From Myxococcota bacterium (GTDB lineage: Bacteria > Myxococcota_A > Polyangia > Polyangiales > Sandaracinaceae): 64,000 nt of DNA. Below are positions 1 through 11,600 of the stretch, one piece after another. Each line of letters starts with the position of its first letter. The first letter of the stretch is position 1. Position numbers and translations under genes: made by a program. The notes beneath the pieces were generated by a model, which was not told the origin of the DNA, did no database searches, and saw only the letters and a list, made by a program, of their open reading frames with translations. The stretch lies in contig JAYZQJ010000069.1 of the NCBI GenBank assembly GCA_036149055.1, forward strand, positions 96,001 to 160,000. Direction: 5' to 3'.

Positions 1-1
1 G

Positions 2-631
2 GCGCTCGTCCATGTCGCGGTCGCCGTCGCGCGCGAAGGCCTCCAGCGCCTGCACCGCGGCCGGATCGCGCAGGCGGCCGAGGCTACGGATCGCGTCGAG
101 CCGGACGTCCTTCTCGGGATCGCGGAGCAAGGTCACGAGCGGCTGGGTGGCCCGGCGGTCCCGGATCACGCCGAGCGCGAGCGCGGCCCACTGGCGCGCC
201 GCCGCCTCCTGGTCGCGGAGCAGCTCCAGCAGCGCGGGGACCGCGGCCGGATCGGGCAGGCGCCAGATCGCGGCCGCCGCCACCACCCGCACGTCGACCA
301 CCGGGTCGCGCAGGGCCCGCACGAGATCGGGCACCGCGTCGCGCGCCGCCAGCCGGCCGAGGGCGCGACCGGAGGAGGCCCTCACCCGCCAGTCCCGGTC
401 CTCCCGGATGCGGGTCCGGAGCAGCGGCACCACGACCTCGCGGTGGTCATACCCGCGCCGGCCGAGGAGATCGGCGGCGCGGGCGCGCTCCTCGGGGCTG
501 CCCTCGTTCAGCTGGGCGGTGGCCGCGCGCAGCTCCGCCTCTCCCAGATCCTGCGCGGCGCAGGGGCCTGGCGAGAGCAGCAGGGCGGCGGCCGCGGACA
601 GCATCGCCGCTCGCAAGACGGTGCGAGTCAC
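2..631 (-). CDS. HEAT-repeat protein with N-terminal signal peptide (3' end runs off the window)
   Basis: Not in the ORF track (no stop in window). Manual translation from GTG 631: VTRTVLRAAMLSAAAALLLSPGPCAAQD... then HEAT-like units (VRASSGRALGRL, AVPDLVRALRDPVVDVRVVAAAAI, AVPALLELLRDQ, QPLVTLLRDPEKDVRLDAIRSLGRL). Confidence 0.85.
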   Translation of the reverse strand, partial: MTRTVLRAAMLSAAAALLLSPGPCAAQDLGEAELRAATAQLNEGSPEERARAADLLGRRGYDHREVVVPLLRTRIREDRDWRVRASSGRALGRLAARDAVPDLVRALRDPVVDVRVVAAAAIWRLPDPAAVPALLELLRDQEAAARQWAALALGVIRDRRATQPLVTLLRDPEKDVRLDAIRSLGRLRDPAAVQALEAFARDGDRDMDER

Positions 632-711
632 GGTCAGATCCCCCGGGGCCCGAGCCCAAGACCGGCTGGTGGGCCTCGTTCAATGTACCACAGACGGAAC
701 GGCGCCCCGGT

Positions 712-2457
<1,746 letters not shown>

Positions 2458-2501
2458 GGGTCGGGACCTCGCGCCGAGCGTACCGCGAAACGGAGCCCGC
2501 G

Positions 2502-2530
2502 TTGACCGTGCCGAGGCCCGGTGCTAGCTC
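2502..2530 (+). promoter_or_regulatory. Putative sigma70-type promoter for the yqaA-like gene
   Basis: TTGACC-17 nt-TAGCTC with TG upstream of the -10; ATG 2539 follows after 8 nt. Confidence 0.4.
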
Positions 2531-2538
2531 GCGCGCGC

Positions 2539-3213
2539 ATGTCGTCCGACTCCGAGGCCGCCCCGATCCCGTGGTATCGCTGGCCCACCGCGCAGGTCCG
2601 GCGGCTCTACGACTGGACGATCGAGTGGTCCAAGAGCCGCTTCGCGGTCCCCGCCCTCTTCGTCCTCGCCTTCGTCGAGGCGAGCTTCTTCCCCATCCCG
2701 CCCGACGTGCTGCTCATGGCGATGTGCCTGAGCAAGCCCAAGCGCTCGTTCCTCTACGGCGCGGTCTGCAGCGTGGGCTCGGTCACCGGCGCGCTGCTCG
2801 GCTTCTGGATCGGCATGTCGCTCTGGTCGGCGCTCGGGACCTCGGCCGCCTGCCCCGACTTCGAGGGCGGCGCGCTGGTCTTCGACTACATGCCCGGCTT
2901 CACCTGCGAGCGCTTCGGCAAGGTGCAGGAGCTCTACCAGGACAACGCCTGGATGGCGCTCTTCACCGCGGCGTTCACGCCCATCCCGTTCAAGGTGTTC
3001 ACCGTGGCCGCCGGCGTGTTCGGGGTCGCGCTCAGCACCCTCATCGCCGCCAGCGCGGTCGGCCGCTCGGCGCGGTTCTTCCTGGTCAGCGCGCTCATCT
3101 ACTTCTTCGGTCCCCAGGTGCGCGTCTTCATCGAGAAGCGCTTCGAGCAGCTGACCCTGGTGTTCACCGTGATCCTGGTCGGCGGCTTCGTCCTGCTGAA
3201 GTATCTGCATTGA
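2539..3213 (+). CDS. DedA/YqaA-family (VTT domain) membrane protein
   Basis: LAFVEASFFPIPPDVLL and AAFTPIPFKVFTVAAG motifs, GRSARFF; ATG 2539 preferred over GTG 2521. Confidence 0.9.
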   Translation: MSSDSEAAPIPWYRWPTAQVRRLYDWTIEWSKSRFAVPALFVLAFVEASFFPIPPDVLLMAMCLSKPKRSFLYGAVCSVGSVTGALLGFWIGMSLWSALGTSAACPDFEGGALVFDYMPGFTCERFGKVQELYQDNAWMALFTAAFTPIPFKVFTVAAGVFGVALSTLIAASAVGRSARFFLVSALIYFFGPQVRVFIEKRFEQLTLVFTVILVGGFVLLKYLH

Positions 3214-3232
3214 GCCCGACCGCGGGCGATTC

Positions 3233-3261
3233 TTGACAATGCCGATGCGCCTTCCCAGAGT
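3233..3261 (+). promoter_or_regulatory. Putative sigma70 promoter of the Rrf2-cysK operon
   Basis: Perfect TTGACA (3233-3238), 17-nt spacer, CAGAGT (3256-3261), 9 nt before GTG 3271. Confidence 0.5.
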
Positions 3262-3270
3262 CCGGGGAAG

Positions 3271-3729
3271 GTGAAGCTCTCGAACAAGGGGCGCTACGGT
3301 GTGAAGGCGATCTTCGACATCGCCTTTCACAACGACGGCAAGGCGACGCAGATCAAGGAGATCGCGGAGCGGCAGGCGATCCCGCCCCGCTTCCTCGAGC
3401 AGATCTTCCAGGATCTCAAGCGCGCCGGGCTCGTCCGCTCCAAGCGCGGCCCGCGCGGCGGCTACCAGCTCGCGGTGCCCGCCGCCGACATCCGCCTCGG
3501 CGACATCATCCGGGCGCTCGAGGGGCCCCTGACCCTCAACGCGCCCAAGAAGGGCGACGACGACGAGGGGGACGCCACCAGCCGCGCGGTCACCGAGGAG
3601 GCGTTCGAGGACCTCGCCGAGCAGATCGAGGCCTGCTTCGACTCCCGCACCATCGAAGACCTCTGCGAGCGCGGTGAGGCGCTCGGCTACCGCCGCGACA
3701 CCCCCGGCAAGTACGTCTACGTGATCTGA
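3271..3729 (+). CDS. Rrf2-family transcriptional regulator, CymR-like
   Basis: MKLSNKGRYG, EIAERQAIPPRFLEQIF, VRSKRGPRGGYQL; lacks the three-Cys Fe-S motif of IscR; C-terminus KYVYVI; directly upstream of cysK. Confidence 0.9.
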   Translation: MKLSNKGRYGVKAIFDIAFHNDGKATQIKEIAERQAIPPRFLEQIFQDLKRAGLVRSKRGPRGGYQLAVPAADIRLGDIIRALEGPLTLNAPKKGDDDEGDATSRAVTEEAFEDLAEQIEACFDSRTIEDLCERGEALGYRRDTPGKYVYVI

Positions 3730-3754
3730 GCCGCGAGCTCGGAGGGAGATCCCC

Positions 3755-4662
<908 letters not shown>

Positions 4663-4666
<4 letters not shown>

Positions 4667-5370
4667 GCGACGCGCGCGTGCTCCTGGTCGGCGCCGGTGG
4701 CCTCGGCTCGCCGGCCGCCCTGGTGCTCGCCCGGAGCGGCGTGCGCCGCCTGACCGTGCTCGACGACGACGTGGTCGACGTCACGAACCTGCACCGCCAG
4801 GTGCTCTACGAGGACGCCGACGTCGGCCACCCCAAGGCGGAGCGCGCGGCCGCCCGCCTGGAGGCCGAGGGCGCGGTGCCCGAGGTCGTGCGAGGGCGCC
4901 TGCTCCCCGACACCGCCGAGGCGCTCTTCCGCGCGCACGACCTGGTGGTCGAGGGCGCCGACAACTTCGCCACCAAGTTCCTCGCCGCCGACGCGAGCGC
5001 GCTCACCGGCGTGCCGGTCGTGCAGGCGGGCGCGGTCCGCTGGAGCGGCTGGGCGCTCGCCACCCGACCCGGCGAGAGCGCGTGCCTGCGCTGCGTGTTC
5101 GAGGACATCCCCCGCGACCGGGTCGAGACCTGCGCCGAGGCGGGCGTGGTCGGGCCGGTCGTCGGCGTGCTCGGCGCGATCGAGGCCACCCTCGCCCTCC
5201 GGCTGCTCGGCGGCGACGCGAGCGCGGCGGGGGAGCTGTGGAGCTATCGCGGGCTCGAAGGGAGCCTGCGCGCGAGCCGCGTCCGACGGAGGCCGGGTTG
5301 TCCGGCCTGCGAGGGCGCCATCGAGGCGTTGACCTGGGAGCGCTATGCTCCGCCGGACTGCGCCGTCTGA
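4663..5370 (+). CDS. ThiF/MoeB/HesA-family E1-like adenylyltransferase without N-terminal helix or rhodanese domain
   Basis: ATGA overlap with cysK stop; VGAGGLGS, DDDVVDVTNLHRQ, GADNF, CLRC, ETCAEAGV, CPAC. This is the 3' part of track ORF 3850..5370. Confidence 0.92.
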
Positions 5371-5388
5371 GAGAAGACTGGAGACGTC

Positions 5389-5661
5389 ATGGCCATCACC
5401 GTTCGCATCCCCACCCCCCTCCGAAACCTCACCGGCGGGTCCGACGAGGTCAGCATCGACGGCGGCACCGTCGCCGAGGTGATCGACAACCTCGAGGCGG
5501 CCCACCCGGGCTTCAAGGAGCGCCTGCTCGACGACAAGGGCGTGCGCCGGCACGTGAACATCTTCGCCAACGACGAGGACATCCGCTTCCTCGACAACCT
5601 CGAGACGACGCTGAAGGACGGCGACTCGGTGCAGATCGTGCCCGCCATCGCCGGCGGCTGA
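5389..5661 (+). CDS. MoaD/ThiS/CysO-family ubiquitin-like sulfur carrier
   Basis: 90 aa, VRIPTPLR...VNIFANDEDIRFL...IVPAIAGG with C-terminal GG; GGAG RBS. Confidence 0.95.
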   Translation: MAITVRIPTPLRNLTGGSDEVSIDGGTVAEVIDNLEAAHPGFKERLLDDKGVRRHVNIFANDEDIRFLDNLETTLKDGDSVQIVPAIAGG

Positions 5662-5975
5662 TGCTCTCGCCCGAGGACAGGCGCCGCCACGCGCGCCAGC
5701 TGCTGCTCCCCGAGATCGGCGAGGCCGGCCAGCGCGCCCTGCTCGACGCGCGCGTGTCCGCCGGCTCCGACGTCGCCGCGCTCTACCTCGAGCGCGCGGG
5801 GCTGCAGGTGGCGCGCGGCGCAGAAACGCCCGCGGCGACCGCGACGCCCGAGCTGGCCGAGGCGGCGCGCTTCCTCGCCGGCGCGTTCGAGGCGGTGGAG
5901 ACGATCAAGCGCGTCGTCGGCGTCGGCCAGCCCGGTCGGCTCGACGTCTCGCTCCGGGGGCCGGGCGAGCGATGA
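5661..5975 (+). CDS. 104-aa MoeB/E1-derived mini-protein (Arg-finger and dimer helices only)
   Basis: TGATG coupling to the carrier gene and ATGA overlap with cysM; MLSPEDRRRHARQLLLPEIGEAGQRALLDARV, VAALYLERAGL, AGAFEAVETIKRVVG; no GxGxxG or CxxC. Confidence 0.8.
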   Translation: MLSPEDRRRHARQLLLPEIGEAGQRALLDARVSAGSDVAALYLERAGLQVARGAETPAATATPELAEAARFLAGAFEAVETIKRVVGVGQPGRLDVSLRGPGER

Positions 5976-6898
5976 GGCACGGCGCGATCACGTCGATCGT
6001 CGACGCGGTGGGCCAGACGCCGCTCGTCCGTCTCCGCAACCTGGAGCGCGACTGCGAAGGGGACGTCGAGCTCTGGCTGAAGCTCGAGTACGCCAACCCC
6101 GGCGGCTCGGTGAAGGACCGGCCCGCGCTGCAGATGATCCGCGACGCCCTGGCCGACGGTCGCTTCTCGAAGGACCGCACGCTCATCGACGCGACGAGCG
6201 GCAACACCGGCGTCGCCTACTCGCTCTACGGCGCCGCGCTCGGCCTCCGGGTCGCGCTCGTGATGCCGTCGAACGTCTCCCAGGCCCGGAAAGAGATCAC
6301 CCAGGCCTACGGGACCGAGCTGATCTACAGCGACCCGATGGAGGGCTCGGACGGCGCGATCCGCCTGGTGCGGGAGATCGTGGGCGAGGAGCCCGACCGC
6401 TGGTTCTACCCGGACCAGTACAGCAATCCGTCCAACCCGAAGGCGCACTACCTCGGCACCGGCAGCGAGATCGTGGCCCAGGTCGGCGACCGGCTCACCC
6501 ACTTCGTCACCGGGCTCGGCACGACCGGCACCATGATGGGGACGACCCGGCGCCTGAAGGAGCACCGCGCCTCGATCCGCTGCGTCGCGCTCGAGCCGGA
6601 CGACGCGTTCCACGGGCTCGAGGGGCTCAAGCACCTGCCGAGCTCGATCGTGCCGAACATCTACGACGCCAGCGTGCCGGACGAGATCATGCCGGTCGCG
6701 ACCGACGCCGGCTGGGACATGGCCGACCGGGTGGCCCGCGAGGAGGGCCTGCACATCGGCCACTCGGCCGGCGCCAACGTCTGGGGCGCGCTCGAGGTCG
6801 CCAAGACGCTGAAGGAGGGCTGCGTGGTCACCATCGCCTGCGACCGGGGCGACCGGTACTTCGCGCCGATGAAGTGGGAGAAGAAGTATGTCTGGTGA
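5972..6898 (+). CDS. cysM: Cysteine synthase B / CysM-type PLP enzyme, probably carrier-thiocarboxylate dependent
   Basis: NPGGSVKDR, DATSGNTG, DQYSNPSN, GLGTTGT, HGLEGLK, DRGDRY; flanked by carrier and JAB genes as in the mycobacterial mec-cysO-cysM system. Confidence 0.85.
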   Translation: MRHGAITSIVDAVGQTPLVRLRNLERDCEGDVELWLKLEYANPGGSVKDRPALQMIRDALADGRFSKDRTLIDATSGNTGVAYSLYGAALGLRVALVMPSNVSQARKEITQAYGTELIYSDPMEGSDGAIRLVREIVGEEPDRWFYPDQYSNPSNPKAHYLGTGSEIVAQVGDRLTHFVTGLGTTGTMMGTTRRLKEHRASIRCVALEPDDAFHGLEGLKHLPSSIVPNIYDASVPDEIMPVATDAGWDMADRVAREEGLHIGHSAGANVWGALEVAKTLKEGCVVTIACDRGDRYFAPMKWEKKYVW

Positions 6899-7388
6899 GC
6901 TGCCTCCGTGGACGCGCGGCGGGCTGTCCATCCCGCGGGCCCTGCTCGAGGCGATCGAGACCCACGCCGTGGAGGAGTACCCGAGCGAGGCCTGCGGCTT
7001 CGTGATCGGGCCGGCCGACGACGCGGCGAAGCTCGACGAGGCGGTGCGCGAGGTGAACGAGGCGGACAAGTACCACCGCCTCGACCCCGAGCGCTTCCCG
7101 CGGACGAGCCGCACCTACTTCAAGATCAACGAGCTGCGCGCGGCCCGCGCCTTCGAGGCGGGGGAGAAGAGCGGCCGCCCGATCAAGGTCATCTACCACT
7201 CGCACTGCGACGCCGGCGCCTACTTCAGCGAGGAGGACGCGGCGACCTTCTCGAACGAGGGCCAGCTGATGTGGCCGTGCGCGTTCCTGGTGGTCAGCGT
7301 GGTCGAGGGCGAGGTGCGAGACCGCAAGCTCTGGGTCCACGCGCCCGGCACCGACGACTTCACCGAGTCCCCCCTGACGATCTCATGA
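6888..7388 (+). CDS. JAB/MPN/Mov34 metallopeptidase (Mec-like carrier-Cys hydrolase)
   Basis: YPSEACG...IYHSHCDAGAYFSEED matches the JAMM motif E...HxH-x7-S-x2-D. Confidence 0.9.
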   Translation: MSGELPPWTRGGLSIPRALLEAIETHAVEEYPSEACGFVIGPADDAAKLDEAVREVNEADKYHRLDPERFPRTSRTYFKINELRAARAFEAGEKSGRPIKVIYHSHCDAGAYFSEEDAATFSNEGQLMWPCAFLVVSVVEGEVRDRKLWVHAPGTDDFTESPLTIS

Positions 7389-7819
7389 GCGATCCCCGAA
7401 ACCCCTACCCCACGGTCGACGTGCTGATCGAGACCGAGGGCGGCCTGGTCTTCATCGAGCGCGCCAACGCGCCCGCCGGCTGGGCGCTCCCCGGCGGCTT
7501 CATCGACTACGGCGAGCGGCCCGAGGACGCCGCGGTCCGGGAGGCCAAGGAGGAGACGGGGCTCGACGTCGAGCTGCTCTCGCTGCTCGGCGTCTACGGC
7601 GCGCCCGATCGCGATCCCAGGCAGCACAACGTCTCGATCGTCTACGTCGGCCGCGCGACCGGCCGCCCCTCCGGCGGCGACGACGCGGCGAAGGCCGAGA
7701 TCTTCGCGCCCGACGCCCCGCCCTCCCCGCTCTGCTTCGACCACGCCCGCATCCTCGAGGACTACCGCCGCTTCCGGGAGACCGGCGCCATCCCCCCGCC
7801 GCGGCGGGGAGACGGGTGA
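7385..7819 (+). CDS. NUDIX hydrolase
   Basis: ATGA overlap; Nudix box WALPGGFIDYGERPEDAAVREAKEETGL; RDPR, GDDA, FDH. Confidence 0.93.
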   Translation: MSDPRNPYPTVDVLIETEGGLVFIERANAPAGWALPGGFIDYGERPEDAAVREAKEETGLDVELLSLLGVYGAPDRDPRQHNVSIVYVGRATGRPSGGDDAAKAEIFAPDAPPSPLCFDHARILEDYRRFRETGAIPPPRRGDG

Positions 7820-8361
7820 GAGCGGACCTCGAGGCGCGCGCCGCCGTGCTCGTGGCGGCCGCGCGCGACGCGATCGCGGCGGCGGTGGAGCCCCGCGCCC
7901 CGCGGATCGCGGCCGCCGAGCGCGACCCCGTGCTCCGCGCCGACGCGGCCACCTTCGTGACCCTGCGCCAGCCCGACGCGACCCTGCGCGGCTGCATCGG
8001 GGAGCTCGAGGCGCGCCGCGCCCTCATCGACTCGGTGCGCGGCAACGCCGTCGCCGCCGCCACCCGCGATCCTCGCTTCCCGCCGGTCACCGCCGACGAG
8101 GTCGCGCAGCTCCAGATCGGCATCAGCGTGCTCACCCCGCCCGCGCCGATCCGCCCCGAGCAGATCGAGGTCGGCCGCCACGGCCTGCTGGTCGAGCGCG
8201 CACCGCACCGCGGCGTGCTCCTCCCCGAGGTCGCGGTGGATCAGGGATGGGACGCGGAGACGTTCCTCTCGATGACCTGCCGCAAGGCCGGCCTCGAGCT
8301 GGAGGCCTGGGGAGACCCCGAGACCCGCGTCCTCGCCTTCGAGACGATCAAGCTGCCTTGA
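7816..8361 (+). CDS. AMMECR1-domain protein (AmmeMemoRadiSam protein A-like)
   Basis: GTGA overlap; ATFVTL...LRGCIG, AATRDPRFPPV, GRHGL, GVLLPEVA, CRKAG. Confidence 0.92.
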   Translation: MRADLEARAAVLVAAARDAIAAAVEPRAPRIAAAERDPVLRADAATFVTLRQPDATLRGCIGELEARRALIDSVRGNAVAAATRDPRFPPVTADEVAQLQIGISVLTPPAPIRPEQIEVGRHGLLVERAPHRGVLLPEVAVDQGWDAETFLSMTCRKAGLELEAWGDPETRVLAFETIKLP

Positions 8362-8377
8362 TCTCGGCGCGGAAACG

Positions 8378-8475
8378 CGAGCAGCGGAGTCAGCCGATCA
8401 CTCGACTGCTCCGCAGCTCGGAGCCACCATGCTCATCGAAGAGGGGGCTCATCGCTGCCGCCACGAGGGCGGCAG
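8378..8475. terminator. Two hairpins between the convergent AMMECR1 gene and rplS (likely terminators)
   Basis: Long imperfect stem 8378-8420 (CGAGC/GCGGAG/CAG/CGA-TCAC-TCG/CTG/CTCCGC/GCTCG) and CTGCCGCC-ACGAG-GGCGGCAG at 8455-8475. Confidence 0.55.
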
Positions 8476-8479
8476 AGGG

Positions 8480-8932
8480 CTACTCGTCGGCGCCGCCGGC
8501 GGTCGCCGCGACGGGCGGCTCCTCGGGAGCCACGGGCGCCTGGATGGGCAGCTCGTTGATGCCCTTGATGTCGCCGGAGAGCTTCTGGCTCTGGCGGAGG
8601 CGCGCCTTCTTCCCGCGGAGCTTGCGGAGGTAGTAGAGCTTCGCGCGGCGGACGTGACCGCGGCTCACCACGTCGAGCTTGTCGATCTTCGGCGAGTGCA
8701 CCGGGAAGATGCGCTCGACGCCGACCCCGTAGCTGACCTTGCGCACGGTGAACGTCTCGCGGTTCGCGCCGCCCTTGCGGCGGATCACGACGCCCTTGAA
8801 GACCTGGATGCGCTCCTTCTCGCCTTCCTTGATGCGATAGTGCACCTCGACCTGGTCGCCGGGGCGGAAGGCGGGGAGCTGGCGCTGCTGGGCGGCCTCG
8901 ATGGCCTGAATCTCGGGGACGACGCCTGACAT
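8480..8932 (-). CDS. rplS: 50S ribosomal protein L19 with Pro/Ala-rich C-terminal extension
   Basis: [55 protein letters not shown]. Confidence 0.98.
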   Translation of the reverse strand: MSGVVPEIQAIEAAQQRQLPAFRPGDQVEVHYRIKEGEKERIQVFKGVVIRRKGGANRETFTVRKVSYGVGVERIFPVHSPKIDKLDVVSRGHVRRAKLYYLRKLRGKKARLRQSQKLSGDIKGINELPIQAPVAPEEPPVAATAGGADE

Positions 8933-9014
8933 GGCTGCAAAACCTCGTATCTCGGGCTCGGGGCCCTACCGTTGCTCGCGCGTGGGGCGAATGCCACCCG
9001 ACGCGGGGTCGCAG

Positions 9015-9043
9015 CGTTTAACACGACGTCCGGGCAGGGTCAA
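9015..9043 (-). promoter_or_regulatory. Putative internal promoter for rplS
   Basis: Minus strand TTGACC-17 nt-TAAACG preceded by TG. Confidence 0.4.
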
Positions 9044-9615
9044 TCGGACCCGCCCGGATTCGCGCCCCGCTCGCCGAACAGGCGGTCGAGCGTGATGGCC
9101 ACCGCGGCCCGCACCGAGAGGTGATTGTAGGCGCCAGCCCCGCGGATCGGGGCGATCACGCCGGTCGCCGCCTCCACCAGGGACGGCGCGAGCCCGTGCC
9201 CGGTGCCGAACAGCACCAGCGAGGGACACCCGCGCATGCGCGCGCCGGCGATCGCCGCGTCGGTCAGCCCCTCGGTCGCCCGAGCGCTCGTGATCCAGAT
9301 CTCCGGCGCCTCGCCCTCGCGGGAGGCGATCTCCCGGGCGGCGTCCTCCACCGAGTCGACCACCTCGCAGAGCGCCAGCGCGGCGCTGCGCTCGGGCACC
9401 CGGGCCGCTCCGGCCCCGTCGCGCCAGTGACCGAGGATGCGCTCGACGAGGGTGCGCTGGGCCTCGATCGGCGTGACCACGAAGTAGCCGGACAGATCGT
9501 AGGTCCGCGCGCTCCGGGCGATGTCGTGCACGTCGAGGTTGGTCACCGCGGTGGTGATCACGTCGCCCGCCCGATCGAGCACCGGGTGGTGCACCAGCGC
9601 GAGATAGACGCTCAC
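9040..9615 (-). CDS. SPOUT-class RNA methyltransferase (SPOUT_MTase_2-like)
   Basis: GTG 9615 overlaps trmD stop; YLALVHHPV...[44 protein letters not shown]. Confidence 0.9.
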   Translation of the reverse strand: MSVYLALVHHPVLDRAGDVITTAVTNLDVHDIARSARTYDLSGYFVVTPIEAQRTLVERILGHWRDGAGAARVPERSAALALCEVVDSVEDAAREIASREGEAPEIWITSARATEGLTDAAIAGARMRGCPSLVLFGTGHGLAPSLVEAATGVIAPIRGAGAYNHLSVRAAVAITLDRLFGERGANPGGSD

Positions 9616-10349
9616 GACTCGCGCTCGTCCCGCCAGGCGCGCTCTTCGTCGCTCAGCTCGCGGCCCTCGAGCAGATCGGGCCGGCGCTGCAGAGTGCGCT
9701 CGAAGGCCTGACGGCGACGCCAGGCGGCGATCTTCGCGTGGTTGCCGCTGAGGAGGATCTTCGGCACGCCCTCGCCTCGGAACTCGGCCGGGCGGGTGTA
9801 CTGCGGGTACTCGAGCAGCCCGCGGGCGTGGGACTCGTCTTCGATGGACTCCGGGTTGCCGAGCACCCCGGGAGCGAGCCGCGCCGTCGCCTCGATCACC
9901 GCCAGCGCCGCGATCTCCCCGCCCATCAGCACGAAGTCGCCGAGGCTCAGCTCCTGGTCGACCCGGCGCCGCGCCCGCTCGTCGACGCCCTCGTAGCGGC
10001 CGCACACGAGGGTGAGCGCGCCGCGCCCGGCGAGCTCGCGAGCGTGCGACTGCCGGAAGGGCTCGCCCTGGGGCGTCAGGAGCACGCGCCAGGGGCGCTC
10101 TCCGCCGCGCTCGAGCTCCCGGGCCTCCGCCCGCTCCATCGCCTCCACCACCGGGCCCGGCATCATCACCATGCCGCTACCGCCCCCGTAGGGAGTATCG
10201 TCGATGGAACGGTGGCGGTCGGTCGCGAACTCGCGGGGGCTCACCGTCTCGACGGTGACACGACCGCTCTCCTGCGCCTTGCCGAGGAGCGCCTGGCCGC
10301 AGAAGTCCCGCACCAGCTCCTCGAAGACGGTGACGACGTAGTACCTCAC
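9612..10349 (-). CDS. trmD: tRNA (guanine37-N1)-methyltransferase
   Basis: [62 protein letters not shown] 10349 coupled to rimM stop. Confidence 0.97.
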   Translation of the reverse strand: MRYYVVTVFEELVRDFCGQALLGKAQESGRVTVETVSPREFATDRHRSIDDTPYGGGSGMVMMPGPVVEAMERAEARELERGGERPWRVLLTPQGEPFRQSHARELAGRGALTLVCGRYEGVDERARRRVDQELSLGDFVLMGGEIAALAVIEATARLAPGVLGNPESIEDESHARGLLEYPQYTRPAEFRGEGVPKILLSGNHAKIAAWRRRQAFERTLQRRPDLLEGRELSDEERAWRDERES

Positions 10350-10873
10350 CGCTTCCTCCGGAGCTCGAAGTCCTCGTGGTGCCGGACCGTGAGCACGCCC
10401 TCGTCGAGATCGACGTCGATCACGTAGGGCTCGAGGATCGGGATCTCGCGCACGCCGTCCTCGCCTTCGACCAGCAGGCAGTCGACGCTGGGATAGCGGA
10501 TCACCTCGGCGACCACGCCGAGCGCGGCGCCGTCCTCGGCCCGCACGCGCAGGCCCTCGAGGTCGATGTGGTAGAGCTCGTCCTCGTCGGGCGGCGGCAG
10601 ATCGTCGCGCGGGACACACACCTCGAGGCCGCGGAGCGCCTCGGCGGCCTCGCGACCCACGACGCCCTCGAACACGTAGAGCACCAGCTCCCCGTGCGGA
10701 CGCGAGCGCTCGACGCGCATCTCGCGCAGCAGCCCGTCGGGCCCCCGCAGCCACACCTTCTCGCGATCGAGGAGGAGCGGGGAGTCCGGGTTGAAGCGGT
10801 GCACGCGCACCTCTCCCCGGACCCCGTGGGGGCGGGTCACCGCGCCGAGCGCGACCATGGCCGGCTCGGCCAT
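10346..10873 (-). CDS. rimM: Ribosome maturation factor RimM
   Basis: [28 protein letters not shown]; canonical position between khpA and trmD. Confidence 0.95.
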   Translation of the reverse strand: MAEPAMVALGAVTRPHGVRGEVRVHRFNPDSPLLLDREKVWLRGPDGLLREMRVERSRPHGELVLYVFEGVVGREAAEALRGLEVCVPRDDLPPPDEDELYHIDLEGLRVRAEDGAALGVVAEVIRYPSVDCLLVEGEDGVREIPILEPYVIDVDLDEGVLTVRHHEDFELRRKR

Positions 10874-10877
10874 GGGG

Positions 10878-11117
10878 CTACTCGAGGATGTCGAGCACGG
10901 CCCGGCGGCGCTGGCGCGCGGACGTCGCCGCGAGCAGGGTGCGCATGGCCCGGGCGGTGCGGCCATCCTTGCCGATGACCTTGCCGAGATCGTTCTGCGC
11001 GACGCTGAGCTCCACGATCAGCGCGCGATCGCCCTCGACCGCATCGACCTGCACCTCGTCGGGCTCGTCGACGAGGGCGCGGGCGATGTAGTCGATCAGC
11101 TCGGTGAGCTGGTCCAC
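10878..11117 (-). CDS. khpA: KH-domain RNA-binding protein KhpA
   Basis: LVDEPDEV...DLGKVIGKDGRTARAMRTLL; between rpsP and rimM. Confidence 0.93.
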   Translation of the reverse strand: MDQLTELIDYIARALVDEPDEVQVDAVEGDRALIVELSVAQNDLGKVIGKDGRTARAMRTLLAATSARQRRRAVLDILE

Positions 11118-11128
11118 GTCGTCGCCGC

Positions 11129-11443
11129 TCAGGCGCCCGCCTCGGCCGACTCTTCGGCCTTGGGCTCCGCGGCGGGAGCGACGGCGGCCTCGGGGGCGGC
11201 CGCGCCGAGACGGCGGCAGGTGTTGATCAGGTTGCGGACCCGATCGCTGGGCTGCGCGCCCACGCCGATCCAGTGGTCCACGCGCTCGAGGTCGAGGCGG
11301 ATGTCCTCGTCCGGGCGCGACGGATCGTAGGTCCCGACCTGCTCGAGGAACCGCCCATCGCGGGGGCTCTCGGAGTCGGTGACGACGATGTGGTAGTAGG
11401 GACGCTTCTTGGCGCCATGACGCGCCAGTCGAATCTTGACCAT
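11129..11443 (-). CDS. rpsP: 30S ribosomal protein S16
   Basis: [41 protein letters not shown]...GAQPSDRV. Confidence 0.98.
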   Translation of the reverse strand: MVKIRLARHGAKKRPYYHIVVTDSESPRDGRFLEQVGTYDPSRPDEDIRLDLERVDHWIGVGAQPSDRVRNLINTCRRLGAAAPEAAVAPAAEPKAEESAEAGA

Positions 11444-11497
11444 CTCGAAAAGCCTTTTTGCTCTCAGCCCGCGCGCCTCCCGGCTGCGGGACGGCGG

Positions 11498-11526
11498 AAG
11501 CTAGCGGCAGAGGTGGGGGGCGTCAA
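11498..11526 (-). promoter_or_regulatory. Putative sigma70 promoter of the rpsP operon
   Basis: Minus strand TTGACG-17 nt-TAGCTT. Confidence 0.6.
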
Positions 11527-11600
11527 GCGAACACGTGGCGCGGGCGAAACGGGCGCGTCGGCGATGGTGCGAGCGCGCGCGGATTGCTAGATCGGGGGCC

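Noticed and set aside
5661..5975. Mini-E1 as a simple pseudogene fragment
   Set aside because: Not favoured: the frame is intact, coupled at both ends, and retains exactly the elements missing from the neighbouring E1. It cannot be fully excluded without comparative data.
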